Shown here: piece after piece, positions 1 through 9,158 of the stretch
How the letters are laid out: every line of letters begins with the position of its first letter
Position numbering within the stretch: position 1 is the first letter of the stretch
Source: an uncultured Rikenellaceae bacterium
GTDB lineage: Bacteria; Bacteroidota; Bacteroidia; Bacteroidales; VadinHA17
Direction: 5' to 3'
Assembly: GCA_964446825.1 (NCBI GenBank)
Contig: CAYUQR010000004.1
Location: 22,828-86,827, forward strand
DNA length: 64,000 nt
The notes under the pieces: generated by a model
Database searches by the model: none
What the model was told of the DNA's origin: nothing
What the model saw: only the letters and a program-made list of their open reading frames with translations
Translations under genes and position numbers: made by a program

Positions 1-1070
1 ATTTGATCAGCATATAAAGGATTGGCTGTCAGCCTGAGCAAACTGAAACATAGTTTCATCCACGTCATGGTAACACAGGTCTCCATGGTATGATAAGTTG
101 GCTGCGTCTGATACTTTGCACCGTTATAGAAACATTCAAATGCCGTTCCCGAACCAGCAACATTTATTTCATTTTCAATAATATTGCTTACCGCCATTTC
201 AACAGCTTTGAGGTATTCAGGTTCCCCCGTAATACGATAGAGTTCAAGCAATCCATCATAACACGACATCATCTCATAAGCTTTCTGGCCGTTTTCATAA
301 GACCACCATACAGCAGGATGAGGGAATCTTTCAAAAACAGGAACAGCGGCTAGTGCACTGCTTATAAGCTTTGGCCCTTCAGGCGTCTCCCATTGTTCCA
401 CTATATATTTTGCAAAATCAAGATACTTTTTATCACCTGTATGACGATACAGATATACCATTGGTTCAAGAATTGAACTGCTTGGCATGCCACGGTAATT
501 ACCTGTTTTCACAATATTCACTTTTCCGGGTCCCACCCGGGTCATCAGGTTGTCGGCTAGCCTGCATGCTCCTTTGAGTGAGGCTTTATCTCCCGTCAGA
601 TCATAATAAGACTGTAATCCAAGCAGGGTATACTTCTGACCCCATATATCCCACTGCTGCAACCTGGCACTATCGGTATAATTGCCGATATAACCATCCG
701 GCATCTGGGTCAGCAACAACAGATTCACTGCATTTTTGACTTTTGCCAACATTTCCGGATCATTATTGTATTCGTATGAGGCTATAGCCGAAAGGATCCA
801 TTTCCCCCAGAACTCGGTCTGCCATAAATGGGTTTCATCCTTATGACGGAAAGGCTCAACCAGATAATCAGGATCCTGTGTTTTTATCCGTCGATCTGTT
901 ATCAGGTTCATTTTATCGCCCAGGTATCCTTTAATTTTTATTGACGAAGGAGAGAATGGAACCAGTTTATCAGGCACAGAATTAGAACTTCCTGATTTCA
1001 TGTCCGGATATTGACCAGTAATGCGAAGAGGGATAATAAATATGAAAACCATAACCAGATAAAACTTCAT
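1..1070 (-). CDS. GH127/GH146-like glycoside hydrolase (beta-L-arabinofuranosidase-like, DUF1680), 3' end runs off window
   Basis: Hand translation from ATG at 1070: signal peptide MKFYLVMVFIFII, then WQTEFWGKW, GQKAYEMMSCYDGL and METCVTMTWMKLC..LLRLTANPLYADQ motifs. Absent from the ORF track. Confidence 0.8.
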   Translation of the reverse strand, partial: MKFYLVMVFIFIIPLRITGQYPDMKSGSSNSVPDKLVPFSPSSIKIKGYLGDKMNLITDRRIKTQDPDYLVEPFRHKDETHLWQTEFWGKWILSAIASYEYNNDPEMLAKVKNAVNLLLLTQMPDGYIGNYTDSARLQQWDIWGQKYTLLGLQSYYDLTGDKASLKGACRLADNLMTRVGPGKVNIVKTGNYRGMPSSSILEPMVYLYRHTGDKKYLDFAKYIVEQWETPEGPKLISSALAAVPVFERFPHPAVWWSYENGQKAYEMMSCYDGLLELYRITGEPEYLKAVEMAVSNIIENEINVAGSGTAFECFYNGAKYQTQPTYHTMETCVTMTWMKLCFSLLRLTANPLYADQ

Positions 1071-1130
1071 AATGACTATTTTTAAATTGATCCTCTAATT
1101 TATTACAATTATTTGGCATATCACAGTTGT

Positions 1131-1178
1131 TCTCCCATTCTCTCAATCTCCCTCTCTCCCTTTCTCCCACTCTCCCCT
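1131..1178 (+). repeat. Degenerate 8-bp tandem repeat TCTCCCNN x6
   Basis: tctcccat tctctcaa tctccctc tctccctt tctcccac tctcccct, intergenic. Confidence 0.8.
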
Positions 1179-1259
1179 TCAAGTATCTTTATAATGCCTT
1201 CTGAATTGAAAACGTTATATTGCCAAATAATTGATATTTTTGTCGCGTAAAAATTATTT

Positions 1260-2765
1260 ATGACAGAACTTGAAAAATATTTTAACCCTTATCGTAAGAA
1301 TATCATTGGGATAGACAAGGAAATTGAAACACCATTCGGAAAGAAACCCCTGGTATATGCCGACTGGGTTGCCAGCGGAAGGCTCTATTCCAAAATTGAG
1401 AAGAGGATTTCTGATGATATAGGTCCTATGGTTGGAAATACCCATTCAGAATCTACAGGTACTGGAAAGGCGATGACCGAGGCATACCATCTTGCCCAGA
1501 AAATTGTGAAGCATCACGTTAATGCAAATGAAGATGATGTAATCATTTTCACAGGATCGGGGATGACTTCGGCAATTGTCAAGTTGCAGAGAATGCTGGG
1601 TCTGAAGGTACCTGAACAGGCAATTCACTACTGTGCCTATTCAAATGGAGATTACAGAAGATGCAATGATGTCCCGAACGACAACCGTCCCGTAGTTTTT
1701 ATTACACATACCGAACATCATTCAAACCATACTTCATGGTTTGAGACTCTTGCGGAAATTGTGGTACTGGAGCCTTCTCCTGATCTTAAAGTTAATCCCG
1801 AAACACTTAGAAAGGAGATAGCTAAGTACAAAAACCGGCCACTGCTTATCGGATCATTTTCAGCCTGCTCAAATGTTACGGGATATTACCCTCCTTACCA
1901 TGAGCTTGCTAAAATAATGCACGAACATAACGGATATTGCTTTGTTGATTTTGCAGCATCTGCACCATATGTCGACATAGATATGCATCCTGCTGACAAG
2001 AGTCATCAACTGGATGCAATCTTCTTTTCACCCCACAAGTTCCTGGGTGGTCCGGGGAGTGCAGGAGTACTTGTTTTTAACAAAGATTTATACAAGAACA
2101 AGACCCCTGATACACCTGGCGGTGGAACATTAAAATGGACAAACAGGTGGGGAGGATTCAGTTATATTACTGACATTGAAGTTAAAGAAGATGGAGGCAC
2201 ACCGGGCTTTCTTCAGGGAATCAAGGCAGCCCTGGTAATAAAATTAAAAGAGGAAATGGGTGTCTCGAAGATAAAAGAACGTGAGAGAGAGCTTATTAAC
2301 ATAACTTTCAGCGAATTATCAAAAATAAAAGGACTTCATATACTGGCACAGAACATCAGGGAAAGGCTTGGAGTATTCTCCTTCTATTTAGATAATGTGC
2401 ACCACAATCTTTTTACTATCTTACTTAACGATATGTTTGGGATACAGGTCAGAGGCGGTTGTTCCTGTGCGGGGACTTATGGCCATTTTCTACTGGATGT
2501 CGATCTAAGCATGTCAACGGAAATCACTGATAAGATTGATGCCGGTGATCTCTCCCTTAAACCTGGATGGGTCAGATTGTCTCTTCATCCAACAATGACA
2601 AACGACGAATTGTACTATATCATAAATGCTGTGGAACAGACTGTCGTTAATGCTGCAGAATGGGGGAAAGATTATGTATACGACCGTCACACCAACGAAT
2701 TTCATCATTGTAGAGCCAAGTCTGAGACATGGCTCTACAATTCATGGTTCAATATGGATGTTTGA
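1260..2765 (+). CDS. Aminotransferase class V (cysteine desulfurase/selenocysteine lyase-like)
   Basis: YADWVASGR, EHHSNHTSW, DFAASAPY, SPHKFLGG PLP-lysine motif, VRGGCSCAGTYGH. Confidence 0.85.
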   Translation: MTELEKYFNPYRKNIIGIDKEIETPFGKKPLVYADWVASGRLYSKIEKRISDDIGPMVGNTHSESTGTGKAMTEAYHLAQKIVKHHVNANEDDVIIFTGSGMTSAIVKLQRMLGLKVPEQAIHYCAYSNGDYRRCNDVPNDNRPVVFITHTEHHSNHTSWFETLAEIVVLEPSPDLKVNPETLRKEIAKYKNRPLLIGSFSACSNVTGYYPPYHELAKIMHEHNGYCFVDFAASAPYVDIDMHPADKSHQLDAIFFSPHKFLGGPGSAGVLVFNKDLYKNKTPDTPGGGTLKWTNRWGGFSYITDIEVKEDGGTPGFLQGIKAALVIKLKEEMGVSKIKERERELINITFSELSKIKGLHILAQNIRERLGVFSFYLDNVHHNLFTILLNDMFGIQVRGGCSCAGTYGHFLLDVDLSMSTEITDKIDAGDLSLKPGWVRLSLHPTMTNDELYYIINAVEQTVVNAAEWGKDYVYDRHTNEFHHCRAKSETWLYNSWFNMDV

Positions 2766-2840
2766 TGTAATAGGGGCTGAGCCCCTCAACAAATGAGACC
2801 TGGCTCTGCGTTACAAATAAATTCCAAAAAAACTTGCATT

Positions 2841-2864
2841 ATAAACATATGTTCATTATCTTTG
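2841..2864 (+). promoter_or_regulatory. Palindromic operator ATAAAC-ATAT-GTTCAT followed by -7 element TATCTTTG
   Basis: Lies between TTG (2834) and TAnnTTTG (2857), upstream of a DUF134 gene; recurs five more times. Confidence 0.75.
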
Positions 2865-2887
2865 TAGTGAACTATTGCTCATAATAT

Positions 2888-3472
2888 ATGTCACCACGAC
2901 CCATAAAACTCAGAAAAATAAGCAATCCCCCGTTAGTATCGGGATTTAAACCATATGGGGCAAAAGACACTGACAAAGATCCGGAGGTTGTTTTTCTTCA
3001 ATATGAAGAATACGAAGCAATACGGCTTTGTGATTATGAAAAGCTGAATCACCTCCATGCTTCTGAAATAATGAATGTTTCGAGGCCTACTCTTACCAGG
3101 ATCTATGCAAAAGCCAGAGAAAAAATGGCTGAAGCGATAGTTCTTGGGAAGCAACTGATTATTGAGGGAGGGAAAATTTATTTCGACAGCGAATGGTTTT
3201 CTTGTAAAACCTGCGGCTGCTTTTTTAATAATCCTGAAAAACAAGATGATAATAAAGAATGTCCTCTCTGTAACAGTAAGGATATTATAATTTGCGAGGA
3301 ATTTATATATGAAGATGAAGAATCTTTTTCAAGGTGCCACGATATTTGTGTCTGTCCTGTATGCGGATTTGAAAAACCTCATGGATTCAGAATTCCATGC
3401 AGAAACGAAATATGCCCTGAATGTCATCAGCATCTTATAAGGAAAGGAAGTCTTCACACTAAAAACATCTAA
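2888..3472 (+). CDS. DUF134 (UPF0251) DNA-binding protein with two C-terminal Cys-rich zinc-ribbon-like domains
   Basis: MSPRPIKLRKI, EEYEAIRLCDY, MNVSRPTLTRIY HTH; CKTC..CPLC and CVCPVC..CPEC. Confidence 0.9.
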   Translation: MSPRPIKLRKISNPPLVSGFKPYGAKDTDKDPEVVFLQYEEYEAIRLCDYEKLNHLHASEIMNVSRPTLTRIYAKAREKMAEAIVLGKQLIIEGGKIYFDSEWFSCKTCGCFFNNPEKQDDNKECPLCNSKDIIICEEFIYEDEESFSRCHDICVCPVCGFEKPHGFRIPCRNEICPECHQHLIRKGSLHTKNI

Positions 3473-3473
3473 T

Positions 3474-3794
3474 ATGAAAACAGCAATAACAAGTACCGGA
3501 AACACTCTTGAGAGTAAACTGGACCAGCGTTTTGGACGCTGTGCATATTTTGTCATTTATGATACGGAAACAACTGGAATGGAATTCATTCCAAACCACA
3601 GCAAAGATGCCCAGGAAGGAGCAGGTCCTGCAGCAGTGCAACTTGTTGCTTCGCGTGATGTCAGGAAAATAATATCAGGCGAATTTGGCATTAAGATAAA
3701 ATCGTTGCTTGACAGACTAAAAATACAGATGATTGTGCTGAAAGAACCTGAAAAAACCATAAATGAGATCATTGAAATGTTAAACAAAAAATAG
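3474..3794 (+). CDS. NifB/NifX-family (dinitrogenase FeMo-co domain) protein
   Basis: LDQRFGRCAYFVIYD, GAGPAAVQL, IISGEFG. Confidence 0.85.
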   Translation: MKTAITSTGNTLESKLDQRFGRCAYFVIYDTETTGMEFIPNHSKDAQEGAGPAAVQLVASRDVRKIISGEFGIKIKSLLDRLKIQMIVLKEPEKTINEIIEMLNKK

Positions 3795-3801
3795 ATAAAA
3801 G

Positions 3802-3984
3802 ATGCCACAAATTAATGGAACAGGCCCGGAAGGGAAAGGTCCGAAAACCGGTCGCGGACTTGGAAAATGCACGAAGCATTCTCCTGATGAGTTGCTTACC
3901 AGATTAGGAAAAGGTCAGGGAAAGCGACGGAAAACCGGTGGAGGAAAAGGAGAGGGAAAACGCTTAAAAAGCGATATGAAGTAG
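3802..3984 (+). CDS. DUF5320-like Gly/Lys/Arg-rich small protein
   Basis: MPQINGTGPEGKGPKTGRGLGKC; paralog at 17009..17188. Confidence 0.75.
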   Translation: MPQINGTGPEGKGPKTGRGLGKCTKHSPDELLTRLGKGQGKRRKTGGGKGEGKRLKSDMK

Positions 3985-4009
3985 AGCGAGGTCTCAGACC
4001 TCGCTCTAC
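3981..4009. repeat. Perfect 14-bp inverted repeat (REP-like)
   Basis: GTAGAGCGAGGTCT-C-AGACCTCGCTCTAC overlapping the stop codon. Confidence 0.75.
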
Positions 4010-4048
4010 AATAACAAATTAATTTTATTCATTAATAGAAAAATCATT

Positions 4049-4387
4049 ATGAAAAAACGTATTGCCATCCCATTGGAGAATGGGATATTATGCTCACATT
4101 TTGGTCATTGTCAGCAATTCGCAATTGTAGATGCTGAAAATAACTCGATATCAGGCGAGACATTAGTCACACCCCCGCCCCATGAACCCGGATTGCTGCC
4201 TGCCTGGCTGGCAGAAAAAGGAGTGACGGATGTTATTGCAGGTGGTATGGGACAACGTGCCATAAATCTCTTTAACAATCAAAAAATAAATGTATTTGTT
4301 GGTGCACAGATTAAGAATTATACGGATCTGGCAAATGATCTTATAAATGGCAGTCTTGTTGCCGGTGCAAATTATTGCGATCATTAA
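4049..4387 (+). CDS. NifB/NifX-family protein
   Basis: CSHFGHCQQF, PPHEPGLLP, IAGGMGQRA, ANYCDH. Confidence 0.9.
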   Translation: MKKRIAIPLENGILCSHFGHCQQFAIVDAENNSISGETLVTPPPHEPGLLPAWLAEKGVTDVIAGGMGQRAINLFNNQKINVFVGAQIKNYTDLANDLINGSLVAGANYCDH

Positions 4388-4399
4388 TCAGAGAGTATC

Positions 4400-5251
4400 A
4401 TGATATCAGATCACCGATGCTTCTTCTGCTTTACTAAGGCTTTTGAAAGGTTACTTGCTAAAGAGAATATTACCAACGAAGCAAAAAATTCTTTCACCAG
4501 GGATATGATTACTTTGTATCATACTAAATGGGATGAGCTTTATTCACCCGAATTCTCGCGCGAGCTTCATATCATATTAAGAAGCTATACGAATAATCCC
4601 GACCCGTACAAAGAAGAGAAAAGAGTGAACAACGATCAGGCATTGAATTTAATTTCTGAGTCTGAAAAGCTTGTTAATCAATCTGATGACCCTTTCCGAA
4701 CTGCCCTGAGAATAGCAATTGCAGGAAATATTATAGATTTTGCGGCGAATGATAATTTTAACATTCTGGTAACTATCGAAAAAGCTCTGAATTCAGGTTT
4801 TGCAATTGATCATTCAAGGCAACTTAAGAAAGAACTGGAAAAAGCCAGGTCTGTTTTATATCTTGGAGATAATGCCGGCGAAATAGTATTCGATAAACTT
4901 TTTATTGAAAAAATAAAACACCCGAATCTTACTTATGTGGTCAGAGGAGGACCTGTTATCAACGATGCCACCATGGAAGATGCCGAATATACAGGGATGA
5001 ACAAGATAACCAGAGTAATCTCAAGTGAGTATGACGCCCCTTCCACAATTGTTCATAAGTCAGGAAAATTATTCCAGGAATACTTCAGTAACGCCGACCT
5101 TATAATATCAAAAGGACAGGGCAATCTTGAAGGGTTGCTTCCATTAAACGATAAAAGGATATATTTTCTTTTAATGGTTAAATGCAATGTAATTGCTGAA
5201 CTACTCAAAGTTAATAAAGACGATTTAGTTGTTTACAATACTTCCGGTTAA
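4400..5251 (+). CDS. DUF89/ARMT1-like damage-control phosphatase
   Basis: CFFCF, IAGNIIDF, LGDNAGEIVFD, PVINDAT, ISKGQGNLEGL. Confidence 0.9.
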   Translation: MISDHRCFFCFTKAFERLLAKENITNEAKNSFTRDMITLYHTKWDELYSPEFSRELHIILRSYTNNPDPYKEEKRVNNDQALNLISESEKLVNQSDDPFRTALRIAIAGNIIDFAANDNFNILVTIEKALNSGFAIDHSRQLKKELEKARSVLYLGDNAGEIVFDKLFIEKIKHPNLTYVVRGGPVINDATMEDAEYTGMNKITRVISSEYDAPSTIVHKSGKLFQEYFSNADLIISKGQGNLEGLLPLNDKRIYFLLMVKCNVIAELLKVNKDDLVVYNTSG

Positions 5252-5286
5252 AGAGTAATTCAAAAGATTCAAATATAAATTTAAGC

Positions 5287-6231
5287 ATGATAAGTTTCGG
5301 ACCTGTGCCATCAAGAAGATTAGGAAGAAGCCTGGGAATAAACAATATTGTGACCCCAAAAATCTGTTCTTATAATTGTGTCTATTGCCAGGTTGGAAAG
5401 ACTACTAAAAAAAGTGCTGAAAGACAGGTATTTTTTAGACCTGAAGTAATTTTCAGAAATGTCGAGAAACATCTTAAAAAACTGAAGCCTGAGAATCATC
5501 CCGATTTTCTGACATTTGTTTCAAATGGAGAACCTACTCTTGATATAAACCTGTCAACTTCTATTGAATTATTAAAAAAATTAAACATCCCGATAGCAAT
5601 CATAACTAATGCTTCAATGATCTTTCATAAATCTGTCAGAGATGACCTTCAGCTTGTAGATTGGGTATCTCTTAAAATGGATGCCGGGGACAATGATACA
5701 TGGCAGCGAATTAACCGTCCCTTCCCCGGACTAGAGTTTAAGGAAATAATTGAGAATATACAGATATTTGCCAGTGAGTATAAAGGTACATTATGCACAG
5801 AAACCATGCTCGTTGATGGATTGAATGATAAACTAAAGAATCTGACAACCCTGTCGGAAATGATAAAACGGATTAATCCCTGGAAGGCATACATTGCAAT
5901 TCCTACAAGGCCTCCGGCTGAGAAATCGGTTAATCCGCCGGATGTAAAAATACTGAATCATGCATGGCAGATTTTTAATAATCTGGGTATCAATTCAGAA
6001 TTGCTGACTGGTTTTGAAGGGATTGTAACTGATTTAACTGGTAATATATATGAGGATATACTCAACATTACTGCAGTTCATCCTTTGAGAGAAGATTCAA
6101 TGCTTAACCTGCTACACAATAACAATGCTGATCTTCAGATAATTAACTCTCTTATCAGACAACGACTTATAAGGTCAGTAAAATACTTGGGGCATACATA
6201 TTATTTAAGGGAATATCATATCAATACTTAA
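5287..6231 (+). CDS. Radical SAM protein (COG0731-like)
   Basis: FGPVPSRRLGRSLG, CSYNCVYCQ, NGEPTL. Confidence 0.9.
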   Translation: MISFGPVPSRRLGRSLGINNIVTPKICSYNCVYCQVGKTTKKSAERQVFFRPEVIFRNVEKHLKKLKPENHPDFLTFVSNGEPTLDINLSTSIELLKKLNIPIAIITNASMIFHKSVRDDLQLVDWVSLKMDAGDNDTWQRINRPFPGLEFKEIIENIQIFASEYKGTLCTETMLVDGLNDKLKNLTTLSEMIKRINPWKAYIAIPTRPPAEKSVNPPDVKILNHAWQIFNNLGINSELLTGFEGIVTDLTGNIYEDILNITAVHPLREDSMLNLLHNNNADLQIINSLIRQRLIRSVKYLGHTYYLREYHINT

Positions 6232-6235
6232 TATC

Positions 6236-6754
6236 ATGGTCACACCTATTATCCTTTACGGGTCCTCGATACTCAGGAAACCTTCAGCTGAAGTTACATG
6301 GGATGATAATATACAGGAATTAAATGAAATGCTTTTTGATACTCTTAAAAAAGCAGAAGGTATTGGACTGGCAGCCCCTCAGATAAGTTTTTTAAAAAGA
6401 GCATTTGTTATTGATACCACTCCTGTTGTAGCAGATGATATAACAATTGAAAAATTTGAGGGGATCTTTCTTAATCCTCAGATAATAGACAGAAGCAGCG
6501 AGCCAGAAATCTTTAGGGAAGGTTGCCTTAGTTTCCCGGGGATATATGAAGATATATACAGACCAGGCAAAATCCTGGTAAAGTATCAGGATTTATCATT
6601 CAATACTATTGAAGAAGAAATGGATGGACTAAAAGCCAGGATATTTCAGCATGAGTTCGATCATTTATCGGGCATTCTCTTTATTGATAAATTAAGTATC
6701 ATAAGAAGAAAATTATTAACTGGAAAATTAAACAGGATTAAAAAGTTAAGATAA
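6236..6754 (+). CDS. def: Peptide deformylase
   Basis: GIGLAAPQ, EGCLS, QHEFDH motifs. Confidence 0.95.
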   Translation: MVTPIILYGSSILRKPSAEVTWDDNIQELNEMLFDTLKKAEGIGLAAPQISFLKRAFVIDTTPVVADDITIEKFEGIFLNPQIIDRSSEPEIFREGCLSFPGIYEDIYRPGKILVKYQDLSFNTIEEEMDGLKARIFQHEFDHLSGILFIDKLSIIRRKLLTGKLNRIKKLR

Positions 6755-6760
6755 ATAAAG

Positions 6761-7204
6761 ATGGAAAAAATCAAAATCGGCATAATAATCTGCGATAGAT
6801 ACCGAACCTGCACCGGAGGAAAGTGTTTCAGGGCCGCTGCTAAAAGAGAAGGCGCATTTTCAATATATGAAAACATGGAACTGGAGATTGCTGCTTTTAC
6901 AACCTGTGGAGGCTGCCCTGGCGGAAATATAGAATATGCACCTGAAGAGATGAAGAAAAATGGGGTTACACATATTCATTTTGCGACAGGATTCATCGTT
7001 GGCTATCCACCCTGCCCATACATGGAACATTTTAAAAAGTTCATCCCGGAAAAATATGGGATGAAGGTAATTATCGGAACACATCCAATTCCTCAAAAAT
7101 ATTATATCACGCATCATAACCTGGACACATGGAATAATAAATTTCTTCAGGAGTCGGTTAAACCAACTCTTGCAGATGAATCAACCCGTCTCAGATATGA
7201 TTAA
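6761..7204 (+). CDS. CGGC domain protein
   Basis: CDRYRTCTGGKC, TCGGCPG, GYPPCP, IGTH. Confidence 0.85.
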   Translation: MEKIKIGIIICDRYRTCTGGKCFRAAAKREGAFSIYENMELEIAAFTTCGGCPGGNIEYAPEEMKKNGVTHIHFATGFIVGYPPCPYMEHFKKFIPEKYGMKVIIGTHPIPQKYYITHHNLDTWNNKFLQESVKPTLADESTRLRYD

Positions 7205-8075
7205 AATTGCAATAGCCAGCGGAAAAGGAGGAACTGGGAAGACCTTTATTTCAACCAATATTTTCTATACAGTCTTTCAAACCAATTACAGGGCAGAACT
7301 TGTTGATTGTGATGCTGAAGCTCCAAATGCCGCTGCATTCTTCAATGCTGAAGAAACTGCAAAATTTGAAGTCACTCAGCAAGTACCGGTAATTAATACC
7401 GACATATGCACTTTTTGCGGCAAATGCCATGAATACTGTAACTACAATGCAATTTTTATATTGCCTCCGATGAAAATAATTAATGTCATCGAAGATCTAT
7501 GCCATGCTTGTGGGGCATGCAGTGTTGCCTGTAAATTCGGAGCAATAACAGAAAAGCCGGTTTCACTGGGCCAGGTAACCACTTTTTCGCTGAACAACTT
7601 TAACAGGATTCATGAAGCCCGAATAAATATTGGAGTTATGTCGCCTGTAAGTGTAATAAAAGCTGCAATAAAATCTACTGATATTCAATCAGATATTATA
7701 ATACTCGATTCCCCGCCAGGCACTTCATGCCCGTTCGTGCAAACGGTAGCAGCAGCTGATTATGTTATACTGGTCACAGAACCTACACCCTTCGGACTGA
7801 GTGACCTCAAACAGAGTGTTGAGACACTCAGGACTATTGAAAAACCTTTTGGTGTAATTATTAACCGGTCCGGATTGGGCGATACGAATGTTCAAAAGTA
7901 TCTTCTGCAGGAAGATATTTCACTGCTTCTTGAAATACCATTTAAAAAAGAGACTGCAGTATTATGTTCCAATGGCCTTATTGTATCTGAATACGATATC
8001 TTTCTTGCTCAACAGCTTCTGACAGTAACTGAAAACATTATGGCAAACCATGGAAATAGCAATAATCAGCGGTAA
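7197..8075 (+). CDS. MinD-superfamily P-loop ATPase with inserted ferredoxin domain (COG1149)
   Basis: ASGKGGTGKT, two CxxCxxC motifs, DSPPGTSCP, TEPTPFG; likely start ATG 7197. Confidence 0.9.
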   Translation: MIKIAIASGKGGTGKTFISTNIFYTVFQTNYRAELVDCDAEAPNAAAFFNAEETAKFEVTQQVPVINTDICTFCGKCHEYCNYNAIFILPPMKIINVIEDLCHACGACSVACKFGAITEKPVSLGQVTTFSLNNFNRIHEARINIGVMSPVSVIKAAIKSTDIQSDIIILDSPPGTSCPFVQTVAAADYVILVTEPTPFGLSDLKQSVETLRTIEKPFGVIINRSGLGDTNVQKYLLQEDISLLLEIPFKKETAVLCSNGLIVSEYDIFLAQQLLTVTENIMANHGNSNNQR

Positions 8076-8910
8076 AGGAGGAACCGGAAAATCAAGTATA
8101 AGCGCAGCATTTGCTACACTGAACGGCAAAGTTGTACTTGCCGACTGTGATGTGGACGCAGCAAACCTGTATCTTCTTTTTAATCCTTCAAACGAAGAAG
8201 AAGAGACTTACATTGCGGGAAAGAAAGCAGTTATAGATTATAATGTTTGTAATAGTTGCGGAATATGTGTGGATTATTGCAGGTTTGATGCAATTTCTCT
8301 TAAAGCTGGCAAGATTGTGATATCTGAAATATCATGTGACGGATGTATTCTTTGCTCTCGTATATGTCCGGAGAATGCAATCAACATGATCTCAAAAGAT
8401 AAAAGCCGGATGTATTCAGGTACTTTCCGTAATGGGAAAATGGTTTATGGACGTCTCGCTCCGGGTGAGGAAAATTCAGGCAAGCTTGTAAATATGGTGC
8501 GCGACAAGGCAAAAATATTATCCGAAGAAAGCGGGTTGGAAACCATCATACTCGATGGCCCCCCTGGCATTGGCTGTCCCGTAATTTCGACCATTACCGG
8601 AGTAGATAAGGTTGTAATCGTAACTGAACCAACTATTTCAGGATTACACGATATGGAAAGAACGGTCGGGATTGTTCAAAAATTCAGCCTGCCAACTTAT
8701 GTAATAATTAATAAGTTTGATCTTAACACTTCCATAATGTATCAGATTGAGGAGTGGTGTAAAGAAAGAAATATCGTTGTAGCAGGGAAGCTGCCTTTTG
8801 ATACTAAAATTGTAGAGGCAATGGTTCATGGCAAAAGCATTAATGAATATAAGCCCGATTTAAAGATCAGTAAGGATATTCAAGAGATCTGGAATAAAAT
8901 TATTAACTGA
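8050..8910 (+). CDS. Second COG1149 MinD-like ATPase with ferredoxin insertion
   Basis: ISGKGGTGKS, DCDVDAANL, CNSCGIC, CDGCILC, DGPPGIGCP. Confidence 0.9.
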   Translation: MEIAIISGKGGTGKSSISAAFATLNGKVVLADCDVDAANLYLLFNPSNEEEETYIAGKKAVIDYNVCNSCGICVDYCRFDAISLKAGKIVISEISCDGCILCSRICPENAINMISKDKSRMYSGTFRNGKMVYGRLAPGEENSGKLVNMVRDKAKILSEESGLETIILDGPPGIGCPVISTITGVDKVVIVTEPTISGLHDMERTVGIVQKFSLPTYVIINKFDLNTSIMYQIEEWCKERNIVVAGKLPFDTKIVEAMVHGKSINEYKPDLKISKDIQEIWNKIIN

Positions 8911-9158
8911 ATATTGTCGGGTACCTTATTTTTCTATCATAAAAATATTGCCTGTTTCCAGGATGGCATTACCATGCCTTTCACCCGATTTTATTAAAGC
9001 CTGAGGAATATTTTAAACCAATTTTAACATATGAGAATAATAACGTAAATATTATTATAATAATTTTGCATCTGCAATTCACAAGTCTTTTAAAGAAATA
9101 CTTAATATTCAATAAAATACAATTCCCTGTAAAAACAAACAAACCCGGAGGTAACATA

